A stretch of 64,000 nt of DNA, taken from the human T2T-CHM13v2.0 reference genome, Homo sapiens. Each line of letters begins with the position of its first letter. Position 1 is the first letter of the stretch. The notes under the pieces were generated by a model. That model ran no database searches. It was not told the DNA's origin and saw only the letters and a list, made by a program, of their open reading frames with translations. Of this stretch, positions 59,001-64,000 are shown in pieces. The stretch lies in NCBI RefSeq assembly GCF_009914755.1, contig NC_060930.1. The stretch is one strand, 5' to 3'. The position numbers were made by a program, and so were the translations under genes.

Positions 59001-59630
59001 AGGTGGCTGTCAACCAGGGGGTCTCAAGGTTACTAGGCATACAATACTATCTTCATTGTGTTTGGAGACCACAATCCTCGGGAAAGGTAGAAAAGAAAAA
59101 TGATATTATTAAAAGGGATCTCAGAAAACTGTCTCAAGAGACTCATCTCCCCTGGATTACTCTTCTCCCCCATAGCCCTACTACGTGTTAGAAACACCCA
59201 TTCAAAGCTGGGTTTAAGTGCCTTTGAAATGTATGGACGGCCTTTTCCCATCAATATTTCTTGCTAGACCAAGAAACCTCTGATTTGATTAAACATATAA
59301 CTTCTTGGCCCATTTCCAATGGGAACTGAAACAACTGTTGGAGGTCCAACACTGTGAACTAGGGTCACCTCCATTTAACTGAGGGGATTTAGTACTGGTA
59401 AAGCCCCTTCCTTCTTTTTCCTTCTCTAGGTCCAGAGTGGGAGGGACCTTACACTGTACTTTGTTCTACTCCTTTGCCAGTGAAAGTCACTAAAATAGAT
59501 TATCAGATTATACTTGAGTACAGGCCTGGGAAGCTGATGGAATTACCTGTTGACCCAGAAGAGCCCCTGAAGCACCACTGTGAGAAAATCGGAGAGCTCA
59601 AGCTAAAGATCACAAAAGATAAATGTCAAT
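56062..59630 (+). pseudogene. pol: pro-pol relic
   Basis: 'VDLLLDT' protease; 'MPESPTPLLSRD'; RT 'LKDALF...WTVLPQEFQDS' and 'LQYIGD'; RNase H 'SAQLAELIAL...NIYTDSKY'; integrase 'WRPQSSGKVEK' and 'WEGPY'; many stops. Confidence 0.93.
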
Positions 59631-59934
59631 AATTAACCTTCCATGGATGTCCTCTTTATAGTCTTGCCTATGCTTACTGTTCCTCATTATAAGGCATCTT
59701 TGCCAAGGACCACTTACTCCCAAAGGCCCATGATACTATCTACTCCCTTAAACAGCTATCTCTCTTCTGAAGTTTAACTTCCCTTCCACATATGAAATTT
59801 AATACCTTTCATTGAGTGAAACAGCTCTGGCCACAACATTGTTTTCAGAGTGGTTAGTCTATTTATTTCCTATTTCTGTTCTCTTTGGCACTAGGTATTT
59901 TTCCTTTTATCTCCTCTTTGTATAATACTCATAT

Positions 59935-60085
59935 TTGGTTTATTCATAGTTAACCTCCTTGTAAGATTTGCTTCTTCTCACCTAGAGGCCATCAAACTCC
60001 AAATGGTCATGCAAATGGAGCCTCAGATGATGGATTCTTTTTACCAGGGACTCTTAGATAGGTCTCTGAGAGAGACCTGACTGCC
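59935..60085 (+). pseudogene. env: env cytoplasmic-tail remnant
   Basis: 'LEAIKLQMVMQMEPQM...YQGLLDR' resembles the HERV-W/ERV9 Env tail; SU and ectodomain are absent. Confidence 0.8.
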
Positions 60086-60180
60086 ATTTTCCCAAACAAT
60101 GCCTCTGTCAGCATGAAGCAGTGAGAGCAGTCACCATTCCTATCCTGACAGCAGTTAGATGTACCTCTTCAGAGGGGAGA

Positions 60181-61061
60181 TCATAGTGATAGGAGACAGA
60201 CAGATTCCTAGGCATACAGGGATGGTTCCCTGGTGAAACCCAACCTTCCAGCCAAAGATAGTTTAAATCCTGAAAACCGAGCTGCTAGTTCCGGATAGAG
60301 TCCATGACTGGAGTGAGAACTTTACTTGTTTGCCCACTCTTTCCCAATTGGTTCTTTCTGAATAACGGTTTTTAACCAATTGAATGTTGCCTTTTCCAAG
60401 ACTACCAACAGCCTGTACCTCCTCATTCCAAGCCTATAAAAACCCCAAACTCAGCCTTACACATGGCTACCTGCTTTCAGTCCCCTCTCACAGCTGAGAG
60501 CTTTCCTTCTTTTACTCAATAAACTTCTATTTTGCCTTATTTGCTCTCCATTGTCTGCATACCTCATTCCTCTTGGTCACAGGACAAGAATCTGGAACCC
60601 ACTGAACTGTGGGAATGAGAGAGCTATAACACGCCCCCATTTACCAAGCTTCAAGCAGTGGGAATAAAAGAGCTTGAAACACGCTTCCATTCTCCAAACT
60701 ATGGGAGTGAAGAGCATGACACTTCTGGAAGTCCAGACCTCAGGACTTCCCAAGCAAGATCTGTAACAGCCCTTGGGGCTCCACAATTGCTGGCATCTCC
60801 ACGTTTTGGGGAAGCACCATGTTCCATCCATCTACACACTGGTACCCCGTGTGGAAGCTGCTCATGGCACACCCAGCTTAGCCATGGGCTATGCCTGGAG
60901 CCATAGTGGGTGTGGCATCCAGGCAGGCATGAGCTGAGTGCAGCCTGCTAGGCTGACCAGGTGGAGAGAGTCCAACAGGCCAAAGTGAGGCCCCAGGCAG
61001 AGATCACAGCAGCTGCAGAGATTTCCAGCTGACGATACAGCACTGAAGACATCCTGTTTCA
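60181..61061 (+). promoter_or_regulatory. 3' LTR
   Basis: Follows the PPT; starts tcatagtg (TG mutated); ends cctgtttca. Confidence 0.88.
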
Positions 61062-61247
61062 ATGGCAGGAAAGAGTTAATTAATTAACTCAGTAGATATT
61101 GAATAAACATCTCTTTTATCCAGGCACTGCCCTGGGCACTGCACATAAAATAGTAAAAAAGGTGTACATTTTCTCTTAAGGAACTTGTAATGAAGTAAGA
61201 AATGCAGACAAGAAAGGAGAAATTGTAACGTGAAATTGTGCTACTCT

Positions 61248-62169
<922 letters not shown>

Positions 62170-62401
62170 TTATCATAAGTAAAGGCAGGTGCTCTGGAAT
62201 TAAAAAATTCCAAGTGAACGTGTTTTGGAGAATCTGGAATAGCTACTGGAGGAAGTGATGCCTCATCTAAGAAAATGGGTAGAACTGAACCAAATTATTT
62301 GAGCAGTAAGAGTGTCCCAGGAGGAGACAATGATGCATTGAAGGCCTATATGCAAAAGATATACAGAGCTGGAATGCACAATGTGTGTGGAAATTTAATA
62401 A

Positions 62402-62731
<330 letters not shown>

Positions 62732-64000
62732 AAGCATGGGCTTTTGACTCTGAGTTTAATTACTTTTTTTATGCAAGGAAACTGCTTTTTAAGGAAGAGA
62801 ATGACATGACAGAATGGTATAGAAAGGTGACTTTTCAGCATGGATAATAAATTGGGGATGATGAAATCTGAGGCTAGGATTTGAGTTAGAGGCTGTTGCT
62901 GCAGGAGGTGAAGTGTGGTCCAGTTTTGAATGTAGTGGGTTAGAAGTATCTGTGGGTCACACAAGTGGAGAAATTCAGTAAATCAGTATCCACAGAGGTC
63001 TGGAAAATCTATCCAACAAGAAAAAGATATATGTGAGAAAAATCAGCTTGGAAACAGTAATTTAGAGTATTGATATACAAGAAATTAATAAATAATGTAT
63101 AGATAGTAAAAAAGAATGAGGCCCAGGACAAAAGCGACAGGTACAGGACAGAAAAAGTGATTGCTATAAAGAAGACTCAGGAAGATGGGCAAGAAAAAAC
63201 AAGAATAACATACCATGAAATCCAGGCTGGAAAGCATTTCAAGAAGATGAGAGCAGTCATCATTGCCACACTCTGTCTGGGAAGGTAAGAATAAAAATTG
63301 ACACTTGGATTAAAAGATGAGGAGGTTTGAGAGTTGAAAGGAGATGTGGAAGCCAGAATTTGCTAGAATAACGAGAGAGGAAAGGGTGTTAGAATGCATA
63401 AAACACATAAAGACAACTGCATAAAGGACTTGGAATATAAATTGAAAGAAGTAGAGCAGCTAATGATTGAGATACAGAGTTGAGGTTTTTAAGATAATGA
63501 AGATATGTTAATGAATGTGTATTGCGTGCTTGTGTTATTCAATCACTGATAAGAGCTATTCAATTTCTAGGGAGAGAATGGAAAACACAGAGAGAGGAGG
63601 GGAAAGTTCAGGTGAGAGATGTCCCTGGGGGTGGGCGCAAGTGGATATTGGATCCAGAAACAAATAGGACGATGAGCTTTAGACAGGAGAGGGGACACCT
63701 CTTGTATTGTGACATAGACAAAGGAAGAAAACTGCGGAAGACAGAGGCAGATATTTAAATTGGATAGCATGAAACAGAAGGATTTCTGATATTAATAGGC
63801 TGCATTTTCTCTAAGCAGTGTGCAGCAAGTGGAAGAGGACTTTGAGGAAAGTGCAACAGTTTACTAGAAAAAAAATCAAAGCTGCTACAGTCCAATGCCC
63901 AGTTGAAAGTGGATATCAGGTGATCTGGGTATCAGATGCAACAAAAACTGCACAGCAAGGGAGCTCAGGCCATTGGAAAAGAATGCTTATAGTGCTGGGC

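Larger units (their letters stand above)
53738..61061 (+). mobile_element. Two-LTR class I provirus (LTR27/28-like LTRs; HUERS-P/MER52/ERV9-W-like internal region), gag and env largely deleted
   Basis: ~875-bp direct repeats, PBS-Pro, splice donor agGTAAGT-like at ~54641-54649, NC-pro-pol relics, PPT agaggggaga at 60171-60180; no clear TSD found. Confidence 0.9.

Noticed and set aside
53730-61070. Target-site duplication for the second provirus
   Set aside because: The flanks do not match convincingly and the 5' LTR terminus is degraded, so none is claimed.

Overview
Primate, almost certainly human, non-coding DNA made mostly of transposable-element relics. I find no cellular protein-coding gene, RNA gene, CpG island or CRISPR. 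The centre is a near full-length old L1 (L1MC-like, ~13.2-30.8 kb, + strand). It was later invaded by a complete but decayed class I provirus of the HERV-I/HERV-IP group (15151-24523, - strand, tRNA-Pro PBS, 4-bp TSD), several Alus, a Tigger3 and a MER1A. A second two-LTR provirus (ERV9/HERV-W-like gag and pol, LTR27/28-like LTRs, ~53738-61061, + strand) has lost most of gag and env. Solo LTRs (MER50, LTR22, MER4, THE1, MLT) and L1, L2 and MIR fragments fill most of the rest. Subfamily names come from my recall of consensus sequences and need RepeatMasker/Dfam confirmation. I see no new biological system. The unexplained signals are local template-copying scars: a 22-nt perfect copy of env inside an Alu 2.2 kb away, a 90-nt gag segment copied into RT, an old ~240-bp inverted duplication, a hairpin with 29-bp arms, and a nested-palindrome insertion in an L1PA tail.
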